Virus record (IMG/VR): IMGVR_UViG_3300019754_000001
Coordinates: 29,905 to 93,904 of that record
Direction: 5' to 3' (one strand)
Length of the DNA stretch: 64,000 nucleotides
Origin: a virus
Shown: piece by piece, positions 20,901 through 31,300 of the stretch
Layout of the letters: each line of letters starts with the position of its first letter
Position numbering within the stretch: position 1 is the stretch's first letter
The notes under the pieces: model-generated
What the model was told of the DNA's origin: nothing
Seen by the model: the letters and a program-made list of their open reading frames with translations, nothing else
The model's database searches: none
Made by a program: the position numbers and the translations under genes

Positions 20901-23900
20901 CTTTTCTCTCTAGTTCTGCCCTTTTCTTTAGAGATGCTTTTAGGGTTGAGGAGCCTTGATTAGAGGTAAAATACGCATACTGATTAAATGCATAATCTTC
21001 AGCTACTTGTAATTGCTTTTGATATATTTTATCAGATGCTTTTTGTATTACATTATTTTTACCATTACTTATATTTCTTAAACTTCTTATATTTTCTTTT
21101 AACTCTCTTAATATCTCTGGTGGAAATTTATTATCAAACTCTATCTTATCAACATCATCTTCAATTTCATCAATTAAAGACTGTTCTATATCAAGTCTCT
21201 TTCGTTTTAAAACTTCCTCCAAGTACTCTATTGATTTCTCTGTACCTACCTTTTCTAACTTACTATGTTCTTTTTTCTCATATCCTGCCAATACCTTCTT
21301 TTGGTTGTCTAACTCTTTCTTAACATTGTCAATTGTAGTGTGTACATTTTTCTCACGTTGGCTTCCAAACCATATTGCTTTATTTATCTTTTCTTTTAAG
21401 TTACTTGGTATCTTTTTATTACTCTCTCTATTGTTTTTAAGACTGCTGTGAAAACTCAAGAGTTTATCATCAATCACTTGATTATACTCTCTATTAACAT
21501 CAACACCGTCAACTATCTTAGGTTCTTTCTTTTGTTTATATAACTCATCTATGTATTGTTGTTGAGTTTCTTCCGAAGCACTTAACAAAGTTTTTAAAGA
21601 CTCAATAGCGTTATACATAACCCCCTTACTTTCTTTGGGTCTATTTTCCTTAGCCGCTTTATTAGAAAATTCAGAATCCATTCCTTCCAGCCCCTCTTTA
21701 TATACTTCATCATATAATACTGAAGTAACATAATCGGTGGCTTCTTTAGTTAGGGGGTCACTATTAGTATCGTCATTCTCTATTTGCTTTTGCATCTTTT
21801 TATTTAGCTTGGCAAATCTTTTATTGTTTATCCATATATCAAGTATCTTCTCAGGATATTGGTATACTTCATCACTTGAACTATCAAATTTACTCTTTAA
21901 TACTTCATACTGTTCTCTTGTAGCCTTAAGTTCACTTATAAACTCGTTATTGACTTCTTTAAAATCATCAAGATTTCCATCCGAATCCTTAGCTTGAGCA
22001 TATCCTGCAGCCATTGCACTACTCTTCCCAGAATACTTAACAATGTTATCCTCTATTATTTTAGCTTGTTCCTCCATAGAGATAAGCATTTCACTTTGCT
22101 TCTCGCTCAATCCTCCGGCGGCTTCACCCTCCCCCTTTAACTTGTCAATGCTTTTAAGCACCTCATCAAGATCTTTTTTGTATTCTTCTCCAAGGTCGTT
22201 AGTGTTACTCATCTGATTAGCCTCCCCCAGTGTTTGCTCTATATTCTCACTAAAGCCTTGAGTGACGCTATTAAACTTTGTCATATCAAACAAGTCTTGT
22301 TTAACCTCATCTAAAGACCTACCATCTTTAGTCATTCCACCATTCTGAGCAGCTTCTGCCATGTCCTGGTAGCTTTTCTTTACAAAGTCTATATCTTTTA
22401 TTATAGTGTTTCTATATTTTTCATAGTCTTCTTCAGCTTTTGTTCTAAGTCCCTTAGCTGTTCCAAATTTCCATTCCTTGACAGGCTTCTTTGTTACAGT
22501 GCCATCTGCATTTTTAACTTCTTGATATATTATCCCATTCTCATCATACTTGTTTGTTCTATTTGGAGTTCCTCTCTCCCTCCCGGCCTTAAGAGCACCT
22601 CCCATAAAGGCTCCCCAGAAGGCAGCTTCTAATCCTTCTTTAGAAGTAGAACCTTTAAACCAGGCGTCTAAGTATGTTAGGTTATCAATATCTGGAGAGT
22701 TACCTGTGAGTTTATTTACTTCCTTATCTACTTGTGCACTTCCAACCTCTGCAGCTCCCTCCAACATAGCTTCCTCAAAAGCTTCTGATAGCATTTCTTT
22801 AGGGTAGCTTCTAATACCTACCTCTTTATTTACTGCTTTCTTTAATTCTTTTCTTATTACATCATCAGATACTCCTGAAGCTTTTAACCTTTTAACATAC
22901 TGCTCTGTTGTCTCTGTTGCTCCTTTAATTCCTTTATTCTTAAGCTTAAGTAGATTCTTTTGCTTTTTTAGTATGGATGAAGTTGTCATCCTTGTAGCAG
23001 TTAAAGGAACTAGGTTTGTAACCATTCCGAGGGCAGTTCCTAACATTACAGATGTATGGGCAGCCTGTGTAGCTATTTCTAATTTATCCTCCTCTGATAT
23101 ACCTTCAACACCTGCCATCTTCTCAATAGCTGCATCATATACTTGAGCCCCTGTTCTACCAGCCTCTGCAGAACTTAAAACTGCTGCATTGGCTACTTCT
23201 GATAACTTAGGTACAAACTTTATTGCATTATATCCTTTTATTGTTTTGCTTGATAATAGTGCGGCCTTATTAGCCATTTTAACTGATAGCTCTAGTCCTT
23301 TAGAAGTTCCAGCAGCTACCTTAGCAGCCCTGGATAGAGCCTTACCTGTAACAGATGCACCTCTAGCCATAGCACCTCCAACGCCTCCAGTAACAGCTTC
23401 AACAGCCATAAAAGCACCAACAGATGCTACTCCATCTGATATGTTATTAACCCAATAAGCATAGTCAGAAAAGTCAGACGTTCCAGGACTTTGTTGATAT
23501 ACATCTCTTTTAAGACCGTTAATCATCTCTCCAAAAGCAGTTATATCATTAGTGTAAGGATTATCCACAGTATATCCAAATATACCTTCCTTTACTATAG
23601 CTCCTAGTGTTCCAACATCTGTAACTATCTCTCCTACAAATCCAGGTAATGTATTAGTAATACCTCTCCATGTTTGCTCTGTCCAGTGCTGTTCTTGGGC
23701 TCTAAGACTGCCTAAATTATCTAAATCAGTATTCTTTACTAGGTCTAAATCTACATAGCTTTTAAACTCTTCTAAATTAACCTTTTCAGGGTCTATACTA
23801 TTTATACTTATTCCACTAGAGGGTCTTAATTTAATTGTATCTTGTAGCTCTTCTATCTCAATCTCTCTAGCTGTTTTATTGTTTGGATTGCTTTTAGGTG

Positions 23901-23964
23901 CTTTCCTTATTCCTACTTTCTTATCAAATAGTGAATTAGTTTGTACTTTATCGTCTTCTTCCAT
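17944..23964 (-). CDS. large virion cargo/ejection protein
   Basis: 2006 aa; Gly/Ala-rich hydrophobic N-terminal segments and coiled coils; directly upstream of vRNAP. Confidence 0.7.
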   Translation of the reverse strand: MEEDDKVQTNSLFDKKVGIRKAPKSNPNNKTAREIEIEELQDTIKLRPSSGISINSIDPEKVNLEEFKSYVDLDLVKNTDLDNLGSLRAQEQHWTEQTWRGITNTLPGFVGEIVTDVGTLGAIVKEGIFGYTVDNPYTNDITAFGEMINGLKRDVYQQSPGTSDFSDYAYWVNNISDGVASVGAFMAVEAVTGGVGGAMARGASVTGKALSRAAKVAAGTSKGLELSVKMANKAALLSSKTIKGYNAIKFVPKLSEVANAAVLSSAEAGRTGAQVYDAAIEKMAGVEGISEEDKLEIATQAAHTSVMLGTALGMVTNLVPLTATRMTTSSILKKQKNLLKLKNKGIKGATETTEQYVKRLKASGVSDDVIRKELKKAVNKEVGIRSYPKEMLSEAFEEAMLEGAAEVGSAQVDKEVNKLTGNSPDIDNLTYLDAWFKGSTSKEGLEAAFWGAFMGGALKAGRERGTPNRTNKYDENGIIYQEVKNADGTVTKKPVKEWKFGTAKGLRTKAEEDYEKYRNTIIKDIDFVKKSYQDMAEAAQNGGMTKDGRSLDEVKQDLFDMTKFNSVTQGFSENIEQTLGEANQMSNTNDLGEEYKKDLDEVLKSIDKLKGEGEAAGGLSEKQSEMLISMEEQAKIIEDNIVKYSGKSSAMAAGYAQAKDSDGNLDDFKEVNNEFISELKATREQYEVLKSKFDSSSDEVYQYPEKILDIWINNKRFAKLNKKMQKQIENDDTNSDPLTKEATDYVTSVLYDEVYKEGLEGMDSEFSNKAAKENRPKESKGVMYNAIESLKTLLSASEETQQQYIDELYKQKKEPKIVDGVDVNREYNQVIDDKLLSFHSSLKNNRESNKKIPSNLKEKINKAIWFGSQREKNVHTTIDNVKKELDNQKKVLAGYEKKEHSKLEKVGTEKSIEYLEEVLKRKRLDIEQSLIDEIEDDVDKIEFDNKFPPEILRELKENIRSLRNISNGKNNVIQKASDKIYQKQLQVAEDYAFNQYAYFTSNQGSSTLKASLKKRAELERKEFKDAKLKMARSQLAELTNLANLKKRKVEKQKKANEEKDAKNKKKVIEKKDNIDKKVIPTPPKPLDLNKDGKHKGTESFNKLRLEKFIASKDASQTSISKIFEVGLTDVDIKTKLEKDGVIENDKFVMALDDIIQLYGFQDDGDGSTYLSDDDALQELTGDNNRHKIITHLFRANPMDTRGSVFTATIKDADGNSVQVKGAVGNLLLWISEFKDGKIIPNSIDRNSDLFKYFVHLASSIKDSEQLDFKDGMPVEDQKGILADILSVMDQMTLVKALSDSKAGNDVPFNMITTLLKEKLGKYGVNAMSYTDFIDNRTDTNNSISTTLKDIDGGKLYSSSTVESSNILDSVDMFNSIGKFIKDNGFTSSDLVRGHKDAIDKIVELYEKASGFNSLIQSEDNQLETLNRLIKHVNSYFNALAEANKADVDFSANELRPKGNELEVVNVDTEVLEGDSLELANQVTTPKKSELSKPAVLRMDGMAIARASHVWDVNNLTLIDVSKDGVPTESKHLIKVGETLEIVADVGYKGKLFDWSNKEGELQRKTIEDSWENYSRKKAKEKGTEGEAWISNNMPIAIYKVVYVDGVKVRELIGYVPTLDAVNYLTVGDNKENNLAEQQGRVRELRTILANTETEEDGTYINKMLEVVDKGTGHLNTSQSGEMKPLSDVFKDEQSTPKFFDIALVTDKGIMGSNGEIHETGDDSQFLSDFKGRTAIVLKAPNGEKVRRFIIKNSIAEVNDGKALDAVMAGMDEILKGNNAKNHINTISNLIVVDKKKKSDAIIAADNISGRPSIVYMDKDGDGNVTGIHLFNQAKVGTGMSLTEDSTEEEKQAFKEALGKVPINTSDKLLGLNKLGTKRGESRIPTGHTTTASGIRYQYASGTYKDFLFKNIKTDLESKTIKSKMYKTDKEFDNDNLPEDVHSDGAGGHVEVSYFNNSVTSFELVNIDNTPKSTTVPNAFNLSFSSATTVIDVKGFNNTPNKNKTEC

Positions 23965-26144
23965 TACTTTTTCAAGATATCAGCATACGAGTATAAAGCT
24001 ACTGCAGCCATCATTTCAGTATCGTCTGTAAAAGATTTCTCTTGCCCATTCTCATCAAAGAATAAAGCTCTAATATCATTAGATTCTGGAGAATCATCTG
24101 TTGGGTATTCTATATCAGCTACATACTTTCTACTATAGCTACCTGGTAGTTTTCTAAATGTCATACTAGCTTGTCCGGCTGGAACTTCTATTACATCATT
24201 ATCTTTACTAAAGTCACTTAAGAATGAATTAAGTTTAGTTGCATCAGTATCATATCCTGCATACGTTAGGGCTGCATTTGATCTTGTATTCATAGCCTTA
24301 TCTTGGTCTGAACCTGACGTAAAAGATGTTTGATATTGACTTTTAGCTAATTGCTTACCTGAAGCTTTTGAATTATTAGTAGGTTTTTCTGTTATAATTA
24401 CTCCTTCTTTAGTTGTATGTCTTAAATAACTTTTACCATATTGAAACTCTGTACTTGTTGATTCTATTGGGTCTTCTTTTGTATTATGAATATTTCCATT
24501 AATGTCTGTTACACTACCTGAGTTATTCTTGGATTCAATAACTGCATCTTCAGTGTTCTTATAGATAGCACTTCCAGAAGCATTCCCTATAATACTTCCA
24601 GGTACTGAAGCCATAACTTCATCTGTAAAGTATTTAGTTTTAACATCACTCCAGTCAAATAAACCTCGAGCTAGATGTTCATATTTATCCGCAGTTCCAG
24701 TAGTGACTACTTGAGTTACTTCCTTTGTAAGGGGGTCTACTTTACTATCGCTTCTTTTCTTTGTTTGTCCTGCAGCATCCCTTGCAAAGTCTGGGTCAGT
24801 TAAAATGTTATACTCTATTTGATCAACACTCAAGTCAGAATTAGTTGCATTCTTATAATCATTAGCCATATCTGAACTGCTTACTTTTAATGTTTCTTGA
24901 AACTTATTTCTAAGTAGTTTTGTTACTTTACCCATCTCAAGTTCTGTAGCTAATGCATTATTTTGAGCATCCAACTTTTCTTCATCTGTTGCATCTGCTT
25001 TATTAGTTATAGCTATTGAAGCATCCCTCCTAGCAGTCAAGTCTTTAAAGTGTGTTTTAAATTCATCTGCTGTCTTTGGTGTTACTTTACCATTTGAGAA
25101 GGCTGCCATACCTTTAGGATTGGTACCTCCACCACCACCACCGTAGTTTGGATTAGCTTTCATTGTCCTATCTCTCTCTGTCATTCTAGTTTTAAATGTA
25201 GAAGTTGCACCTGCCAGCATAGTACCAACTCTAGTATCCATCATACCAGCTAAATCTTTTTCACTGTTGATATTGAAAAATGCTTCTTGTTCTCTATTCC
25301 ATATAGCATCAACTCTAGCTTCTGCTTCTTCTTTTGTTATTTGGCCACTCTTTACGTAGGGTGTTAATTGCGTTATAGCGTCTCCCCTTATTTCATTCTC
25401 CAGGGAAGCCATACTTTCAGGGTCTGCTATGAAGCTCTTCTTAACCCCATCTATTATCCTATCTCCTGTTCTTTGAACTACACCATTAGTATCGTGGTAT
25501 ACCCATTCACCTGTTGCAGGGTCTACATAAGATCTACCGACTTTTGAACCATCCTTTTCAACCATTCCAGCATATTTCATCATCCTCTCTTGTGGATTTA
25601 CATAGGTACCTACAGTACTTGCATTGTAAGGGTTATATCTATCTCCATTTTTAAATGAACCTTTACCTTCATACTCTCTATCAAAACCATGTAATACGGC
25701 TGTAGCTGCATTCTTAGAATATCCCTTGGCGTCTAATGCTTTTATTACATTCTCTCTTTCAGCTTTGTTTTCACTAGTTTGTTTAAAGTCTCCACTCTTA
25801 AGTCTATCAACTCCAGTCTTTAATGCCATTATTTCTCTACTAACTGCTGATAGGTCTGTTTTCCAATCCTCTTTGTCTAGAGAAGCTAATTTAGTAGCTG
25901 TTTCAGATACTTTTTTATTTATAGCTTCTGTTTGACTTTTTACGTATTGGGCGTCTAGTGTATCAGAGCCGAATGTGCCCTCCTGTATGTACTCCCCTTG
26001 AAGGTCTGTAAGAGCTCCTAAAGACTGCTCTTGAGTTTTTAACTTATTGCCAGCGTCTGTGAGCTGTTTTTGCATGAACTCTAGTGGTAGAGGCACATAC
26101 ATTGAAGGAACCTTTGTGTCCCTACGTTGGTAATATCTTGCCAT
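23964..26144 (-). CDS. virion cargo protein
   Basis: 726 aa; N-terminal SMYVPLPLEF; Cys-free; synteny with the crAss-like cargo block. Confidence 0.65.
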   Translation of the reverse strand: MARYYQRRDTKVPSMYVPLPLEFMQKQLTDAGNKLKTQEQSLGALTDLQGEYIQEGTFGSDTLDAQYVKSQTEAINKKVSETATKLASLDKEDWKTDLSAVSREIMALKTGVDRLKSGDFKQTSENKAERENVIKALDAKGYSKNAATAVLHGFDREYEGKGSFKNGDRYNPYNASTVGTYVNPQERMMKYAGMVEKDGSKVGRSYVDPATGEWVYHDTNGVVQRTGDRIIDGVKKSFIADPESMASLENEIRGDAITQLTPYVKSGQITKEEAEARVDAIWNREQEAFFNINSEKDLAGMMDTRVGTMLAGATSTFKTRMTERDRTMKANPNYGGGGGGTNPKGMAAFSNGKVTPKTADEFKTHFKDLTARRDASIAITNKADATDEEKLDAQNNALATELEMGKVTKLLRNKFQETLKVSSSDMANDYKNATNSDLSVDQIEYNILTDPDFARDAAGQTKKRSDSKVDPLTKEVTQVVTTGTADKYEHLARGLFDWSDVKTKYFTDEVMASVPGSIIGNASGSAIYKNTEDAVIESKNNSGSVTDINGNIHNTKEDPIESTSTEFQYGKSYLRHTTKEGVIITEKPTNNSKASGKQLAKSQYQTSFTSGSDQDKAMNTRSNAALTYAGYDTDATKLNSFLSDFSKDNDVIEVPAGQASMTFRKLPGSYSRKYVADIEYPTDDSPESNDIRALFFDENGQEKSFTDDTEMMAAVALYSYADILKK

Positions 26145-26181
26145 TTTTAATGTATTTATAAAGTGTTATTGTGTGTTTACT

Positions 26182-26213
26182 CAAAGGTACGAATAAAAAA
26201 TGAAAAATCCAAA
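26182..26213 (-). promoter_or_regulatory. Bacteroidota primary-sigma promoter for the cargo/vRNAP operon
   Basis: Minus strand TTTG (26213-26210), N20, TACCTTTG (26189-26182); exact consensus, 37 nt upstream of ATG 26144. Confidence 0.8.
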
Positions 26214-26301
26214 TATCTAAAACTTACAAAAAGTGTGAAAAATGGACTTTTTAGAAGCCCTGACGAATTTAAAATCAAAATAGGAGTATTCATATGAGAA
26301 C

Positions 26302-26344
26302 AAAAAAATGGGTTAAAAGTTGCATAAACAAACTTCTAACCCAT
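26302..26344 (-). terminator. intrinsic terminator after the 619-aa cargo gene
   Basis: atgggttagaagtt / aacttttaacccat stem followed by a T-run on the minus strand. Confidence 0.8.
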
Positions 26345-26374
26345 CCATTATTAAATATTATTAAATACTATATG

Positions 26375-28234
26375 TTAACCTACTCTAATCACCTTTCCAT
26401 TCTCATCAAACTTAAAACCATACTCTTCCATTTGTCGTGCTATATTAGCATCCCTCTCGGTGTATTGTTTATCTCTATTTAGGCTCATTAAATTTTCAGC
26501 CCTATTGCTTAATCCACCTTGAATCATGTTAGCAGCAACGTCTCTTTCCTTTTGATTAATATCTTCTTGATATCGCTGTTGATCTAAATTAGTCATCATT
26601 GCTTTCTCTCTTTGACCTGCGTTAAACATACTAAACTGATTACCTATTTGTGCATTCTGTGTTGCGTATCTATTTTCAACTCCCGATATAGATTTAGCTC
26701 TTGAGCTTGCTAATCCTAATCTATTTGCTATATAGTTACCTATACCACTAGACTGCCCAGCAACTGCTCTTTCAGCAGATGAATATCCCATGTTTACATC
26801 TTGTATTTCTCTTGTTGGGTCTAGATAAGAGGGGCTAGCTTGCATAGCATCTGCCCTATCGAATTCTTTTTCATCTTTAGTCAGTCCATGAATACCCCTA
26901 GCAATATCAAAATAATTACCCATGTTGGCCTGCCTCTTTAGCTTATTCCAAGGGTCGTTAAACTCTGTATACTGTTTTGAGTTTTTAACTCTATCTACAA
27001 GTCCATCAGTAGAACTTCTATCTCCAGGGTCTCCTACATTACTGTTATATTCTTTAGAAACACCATCTTCGACTACACTCCGCCAATCCGTTTCTGTTCC
27101 ATTAACCTTTGTATTATTTGTAGGAAGTCTAAGAACACCTCTTGAAGTCTCCTCTGGAGTTATTACATTTTGATAGGGTGCATTATATCCAAAAGGCATT
27201 TGAGTTGCTATATCTCCTGAGCCTGTTCCAGCTCCCCACCCTGGATTAGTAACATCTCCACTTATAGATTGACTAGTTGGGTTAGCAGTATTAGACACTA
27301 AACTATCATAATAGTCATAATATCCTTCATCGTTAGCTACTTTATTGTGACTCTTACCCCAATTGTCTCTACCATTAACCATCTTAGTTATCTTAGCGTC
27401 GTCATATCCTTTGCTAGATAGATAAGCATAGAAATCTTCATAAGAGGTTCCTTCCGGTAAACCTCCCCCATCTCTCATTTTTCTCTTTTCTTTGTTGAAT
27501 TTCTGTTTAGTCTCTTTATTAATTGTTTCAACTTTACCATTTATTCTCTTTACTTCTTGACCAAGCTTTAAATATTCCATTAACTTGTCTTTAAGTTTTG
27601 AATCGTAGGGGTCTTTACTCCTTAGTCCATATTCTTTTTCTATCTTCTTTGTTGCAGCTGCTATAGTCATACCTTTATAAGGAATTAAAGACTTATCCAT
27701 GGATACTATCTCATCATCTACTAGGGTTGTATCACTATATACATATCTGTCTTTCATTGTTTCTCCACCCTCTACTTCAGCTACGCCTATATCAATACCT
27801 CCATTTTCATGACTAGCGCCTTCAAAAGAAGTTAACTCACCACCATCCCTAAAAGTAGGTTTAGTCATTTGAGCTCCTGCTACATTATTCATAGTTCTTG
27901 TATATGCTTCTTGCTTCTTGGCATTAAGCTCATCTTCTTTAGCTTTCTTCTCAGCGGCTATTCTGTCCTCATTAGACATTATTAGGGAGGCAGCTAAACC
28001 ACCAACTACAGGAAAAGCACTAATAGCACTAACTCCTAATTTCATTCCAGTATCCATATTTTTATTTGCCATAATACTAGGTACCATACCAAAGCTTAAA
28101 CCACCCATGGCACCCCCAGCCATTCCAGGGAGGGAACCTGCACCCCCACCTGCATTTTGGGGAGTGCCTGCGAACTGTTGCATGCTTTGTATATGTGTAG
28201 GGTCTAGGGCTGGCTTAGTTTCAAAAGGTCCCAT
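26375..28234 (-). CDS. virion cargo protein 1-like (capsid-inner / ejection protein)
   Basis: 619 aa; GASHENGG...EVEGGET...YVYSD motif; Gly-rich hydrophobic N-terminus; follows the muzzle gene. Confidence 0.7.
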   Translation of the reverse strand: MGPFETKPALDPTHIQSMQQFAGTPQNAGGGAGSLPGMAGGAMGGLSFGMVPSIMANKNMDTGMKLGVSAISAFPVVGGLAASLIMSNEDRIAAEKKAKEDELNAKKQEAYTRTMNNVAGAQMTKPTFRDGGELTSFEGASHENGGIDIGVAEVEGGETMKDRYVYSDTTLVDDEIVSMDKSLIPYKGMTIAAATKKIEKEYGLRSKDPYDSKLKDKLMEYLKLGQEVKRINGKVETINKETKQKFNKEKRKMRDGGGLPEGTSYEDFYAYLSSKGYDDAKITKMVNGRDNWGKSHNKVANDEGYYDYYDSLVSNTANPTSQSISGDVTNPGWGAGTGSGDIATQMPFGYNAPYQNVITPEETSRGVLRLPTNNTKVNGTETDWRSVVEDGVSKEYNSNVGDPGDRSSTDGLVDRVKNSKQYTEFNDPWNKLKRQANMGNYFDIARGIHGLTKDEKEFDRADAMQASPSYLDPTREIQDVNMGYSSAERAVAGQSSGIGNYIANRLGLASSRAKSISGVENRYATQNAQIGNQFSMFNAGQREKAMMTNLDQQRYQEDINQKERDVAANMIQGGLSNRAENLMSLNRDKQYTERDANIARQMEEYGFKFDENGKVIRVG

Positions 28235-28235
28235 A

Positions 28236-28322
28236 TTATTTCTTTTTAATTAATTTACGTGTTGTTGATTTAGGTTTACTAACTCCTTTCATTTTTCCCT
28301 TACTCTTACATTTTTTTTTCAT
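28236..28322 (-). CDS. unannotated 28-aa Lys-rich micropeptide MKKKCKSKGKMKGVSKPKSTTRKLIKKK
   Basis: Translated by hand; ATGA overlap with the upstream stop and TAA-T-ATG junction with the downstream gene. Confidence 0.65.
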   Translation of the reverse strand: MKKKCKSKGKMKGVSKPKSTTRKLIKKK

Positions 28323-31300
28323 AATTCTGTTGAAGTTGAATAGAATGTTCTAGTGTTGTATATTCTAATTTCATCTACTGCTATAGAGTTATCATATATA
28401 AGTTTAACTACTAATTGCTTTCCTCTTATTCTTTCGGTAACTAATCTACCACCCTCGTCCAGCTGTCCTGTTTTTAATCTAGGCATTGCGAGATTAAAGC
28501 TATTAAGTGAATTTCTAGTATTAAATAAGTAATCTTTATATGGAAGTATTTTTACTCCTTCTGCCTCATATATAGTTCTATTTGATTCTGTAAATACTAC
28601 ATCATCTATATCATCTGTATATACCTTAACTGTATCAATTGTTGTATATTCAGTAGGAACTTCAGCATTCTTTACATATATAGGAATATGTTCTGTTCTA
28701 GCCCTATCGCCATAGCTTGTTATCTCACTTATTGTTTTATTACTGATGTTACTAGCTTCAAGGTATGAAAATTTATTGAAAGTATCAATACCGTATCTAT
28801 ATATTTTATTGTGTATTGACAGTGCGTCAAGTTGCTTATTTATAGGTAATTCATTTCCTACTTCATAGGACACTACAAATGGATAAACTACTCCAAAAAA
28901 TTCCCCTTTGTTAGTATTAACTTTATCATATTCATAAAGTGACCTAGAATCACCACTAAGTACAAACTGCTTAAACCTTTTTATATAAATACTTGGGATA
29001 AAAGACATATAAGAAATTACAGCATTTATAGGCTCATTTATCTTAAGAGTATAAGAGTCTGGCTCTTCTATGTATTTAGACATGTTAATAGAGTCTCCAC
29101 TTCCAAATGTATAACCACTTACATAAGTAAATGCTACACCACCTTCAAAAATTTCATAAAGTAGATATTCTCCACTTTGTCCCTCACCACTTAAAGTATA
29201 TATATTACCAATATTCATTAACAGCTTTGAAGAATCTCCATAAATATAGGTATACCCTATAATACTACCAACATCAAAATATATATCATCATATAAATAA
29301 CCATTTGCTTCATTTCTTATAGTAAGAAGCATGTTAGAAGTTATAGAGTCATACCCTCCTATTAATGTAGTATTTAGATCTATTGTTTTTTTAGCATGAC
29401 TTGCTATTCCCATCAGGTCTGATATAGGCTCTAGACTACTACTATATCTATATATCTTTTTTTTATTTATATCCATAAAGTATATATAAGAATTACTTGT
29501 AAGAGCTTCATTTAATTTTTGAATCCCTACATTATCACTTATATAAGTAAAGCCATCGAGCACTGTACTTATTCCCATAAGAGCTGTAGTACCATCATCC
29601 TGCGGTATTTGTGTCCTAGTGTTTATTCTTGCTAGTGACATACCACTATCTTGAAAAACATACACATTCCCATTCTTCTCTATCATATGATTTACAGGGC
29701 CTAGCCTATTTTCAGCTGAGTTGAAGTTATTTACCCTAAAGCTTAAAAATGAATCTAATGTTTCGCCATTAACTTTAGTATCGCTGTATGCTACTTTAGT
29801 TGGAAATTTTTCTAGTTGGTTATTACTATAATCTTTTTCAACAGCATAGGAGCCAGTGTCTGTTTGACTATAAACACTATTATATTTATACAAAGGTGGA
29901 TAATCTACTTCAGTACCATCATCTTTAAGATAGTTACCCTCCTCTCTAAACTCTCCAGGTATTGTGTTTAGTGTTGACTCCGTAGGGTTTTTACCTACAA
30001 AAAGATTAGTATTTACAGTACTTGCTACAGGGAAAGCTATCAATTCAGCATACTTTGCATTACTGGTTAGTGCTGAGTAGGGATTAATTACCCTTTGTAG
30101 TTCAAATAGATTTGGAAATACATCTCCAGTATAACCTGTTTCAGCTATGTAATTTAATTCAGGTATGTATATTTTTGCAGGTTTCCTTGGAGTACCTTGA
30201 AGTACGTATATAGAAGATAATCTACTTTGGTAACTTCCTCCCCCATAAGGATAAACATCTCTTTTTATTGCAAAGTATCCCAAGTGTGTTGAATCAAGTA
30301 ACGCCATTGCATTGGTAAGTGAATCACACTTTATCCCTATTGCTGTAGCACCATCTCCTTGTACAGTAAACCCAGAGCTACTATCACTACTAGTCCATAC
30401 AAAATCATGCACCTTATTTAAAAATAAGTCCCCATCTATAGATACTTGATTTCCAGGCTCTATTGTTTCACTATCTATTATATCCTTAATATTATCTGAA
30501 TCATATTCTATAGGCTCAAAATGTGGATACTTTGCATAGGCTCCAAAAGAGGATGGATAGCTTAGGGCTAGTGCATTGAAAAAGTCTCCAGTTGGATTGA
30601 AGTATTCATTGGCCCCAATATTGGAAAGTTTTCCTATTAACTCTATTTTCAGTCCTGTAACTTTACTGTTCTTAAATACTGAAATCTCTGGACTGTAGAA
30701 GTATAGCCTGGTATCTATCTTATCACTTCCACTTAGGCCCTCCCCATTATATATAGTACCTCCAGCCGTAGGGTTTGATGGTACTTTTGTTGTTGTTGTT
30801 GACGTTAGATATGAATTGCCTGCATTTACTTGGTCATAAGTAGCAGCCCCGACAGCAACACCCTCATATAGTATTCTCCTATCTGTAAAATCTCTTTTAA
30901 CTACTGCTAAACTAAAATAAGAATCATATAGTTCAGGGTAATCAGTTACATTTATATCAACTGCTAAAATAAGACCAAATGCTTTTATTTCATCTGTATC
31001 ATTAGAAGCTGACATTTCATCATGTCGTGGTGTCCTAATATCACCAATCCACTTAGCAGAACTTCTCCTAAGATATTTATCATGCACAACTACAGCTACT
31101 CTATATATCTCATCAAATTGGCAGAATTGTGTAAGGAGGGTAGAATCTGTTCCATTAAGAAGTGATTCTGTATCTCCAACTGTTATACTTCTTAAAAGGA
31201 AAGAATAACTAACATTCTTACCTTCCCCTCCCAAAACTCCTGCTTGATTAAATTTATAACCACTGGCATAGTTTGTATTGAAAGGATTAACTAAATCATC

